Below, piece after piece: positions 63,022 to 64,000 of a DNA stretch of 64,000 nt. The DNA is from Squalus acanthias (taxonomy: Eukaryota). The position numbers and the translations under genes were made by a program. Where the stretch lies: assembly GCA_030390025.1 (NCBI GenBank), contig CM059433.1, forward strand, positions 1-64,000. The letters are read 5' to 3'. Every line of letters begins with the position of its first letter. Position 1 is the stretch's first letter. The notes beneath the pieces were generated by a model. That model did not search any database, was not told the DNA's origin, and worked only from the letters and a program-made list of their open reading frames with translations.

Positions 63022-64000
63022 ACTACAGGCCAGTGAGCCTTACATCAGTGGTAGGAAAATTATTGGAAAAAATTCTGAGGGACAAAATCAGTCTCCACTT
63101 GGAGAGGCAAGGATTAATCAGGGTTAGCCAACATGGCTTTGTCAAGGGAAGATCATGTCTGACTAATTTGATTGAATTTTTTGAGGGGGTGACTAGGTGT
63201 GTGGATGAGGGTAACGCAGTGGATGTGGTATACGTGGATTTCAGTAAGGCCTTCGATAAAGTCCCGCACAGGATACTGGTCAAGAAGGTAAGAGCCCATG
63301 GAATCCAGGGTACCTTGGCACATTGGATACAAAACTGGCTCAGTGGCAGAAGGCAGAGGGTGATGGTCGAAGGTTGTTTTTGTGACTGGAAGCCTGTGGC
63401 CAGTGGGGTACCACAGGGATCGGTGCTGGGTCCCTTGCTGTTTGTGGTCTACATTAACGACTTGGATATGAATGTAAAAGGTATGATCAGTAAGTTCGCG
63501 GATGATACAAAAATTGGTAGGGTGGTAAATAGCGAGGAGGGTAGCCTCAGTCTGCAGGACGATATAGATGGGTTGGTCAGATGGGCGGAACAGTGGCAAA
63601 TGGAATTTAATCCGGAAAAGTGCGAGGTGATGCACTTTGGAGGGACTAACAAGGCAAGGGAATATACAATGAATGGTAAGACCCTAGGCAAGACGGAGGG
63701 TCAGAGGGATCTTGGTGTGCAAGTACACAGATCCCTGAAGGCGGCGGAACAGGTGGATAAGGTGGTAAAAAAGGCATATGGGATACTTGCATTCATTAGC
63801 CGAGGCATAGAATATAAGAGCAAGGAGGTTATGATGGAGCTGTATAAAACACTGGTTAGGCCACATCTGGAATACTGTGTGCAGTTCTGGTCGCCACACT
63901 ACAGGAAGGATGTGATCGCTTTGGAGAGGGTGCAGAGGAGATTCAGCAGAATGTTACCCGGGCTGGAGTGCTTCAGCTATGAAGAGAGACTGGGCAGATT
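63022..64000 (+). mobile_element. CR1 LINE ORF2 (RT), 5'-truncated, running off the window end
   Basis: Frame from 63024 reads YRPVSLTSVVGK...QHGF...GVPQGSVLGP...FADD...EGQRDLGVQVH; same family as 51305-52462. Confidence 0.94.

Noticed and set aside
62272..63127. Ser/Leu-rich and Arg/Glu-rich ORFs
   Set aside because: Translations of the CT microsatellite.

Overview
Eukaryotic, gene-poor, repeat-dense DNA. The CR1, DeuSINE and Penelope repertoire suggests a cartilaginous fish (shark); this is an inference. Bases 1-29242 are a single 24-bp tandem satellite (GAACAGAGAGACCTGGGAGTGTAT, with a ...GTGCAG variant). It appears to derive from the conserved EQRDLGV motif of CR1 LINE ORF2, and it accounts for all the giant repetitive ORFs. 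The array abuts a full-length class I (gamma/epsilon-like) endogenous retrovirus at 29243-40313. The provirus has ~605-bp LTRs, a tRNA-Gln PBS, and gag-TGA-pro-pol in one frame. The RT-RNaseH-IN reading frame is open, but the gamma-type env is decayed. The protease is split by what looks like two nested solo LTRs, and env is split by a young CR1. The provirus has no target-site duplication (satellite on the left, a cut Penelope RT on the right), which points to a rearrangement junction. The rest of the window (40.3-64 kb) is a mosaic of Penelope-like elements with minimal hammerhead ribozyme motifs (including a 101-bp stand-alone insertion), CR1 LINEs, SINEs, MITEs, a 557-bp solo LTR, a decayed DIRS-like element and a CT-rich microsatellite. 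No host protein-coding gene could be supported.
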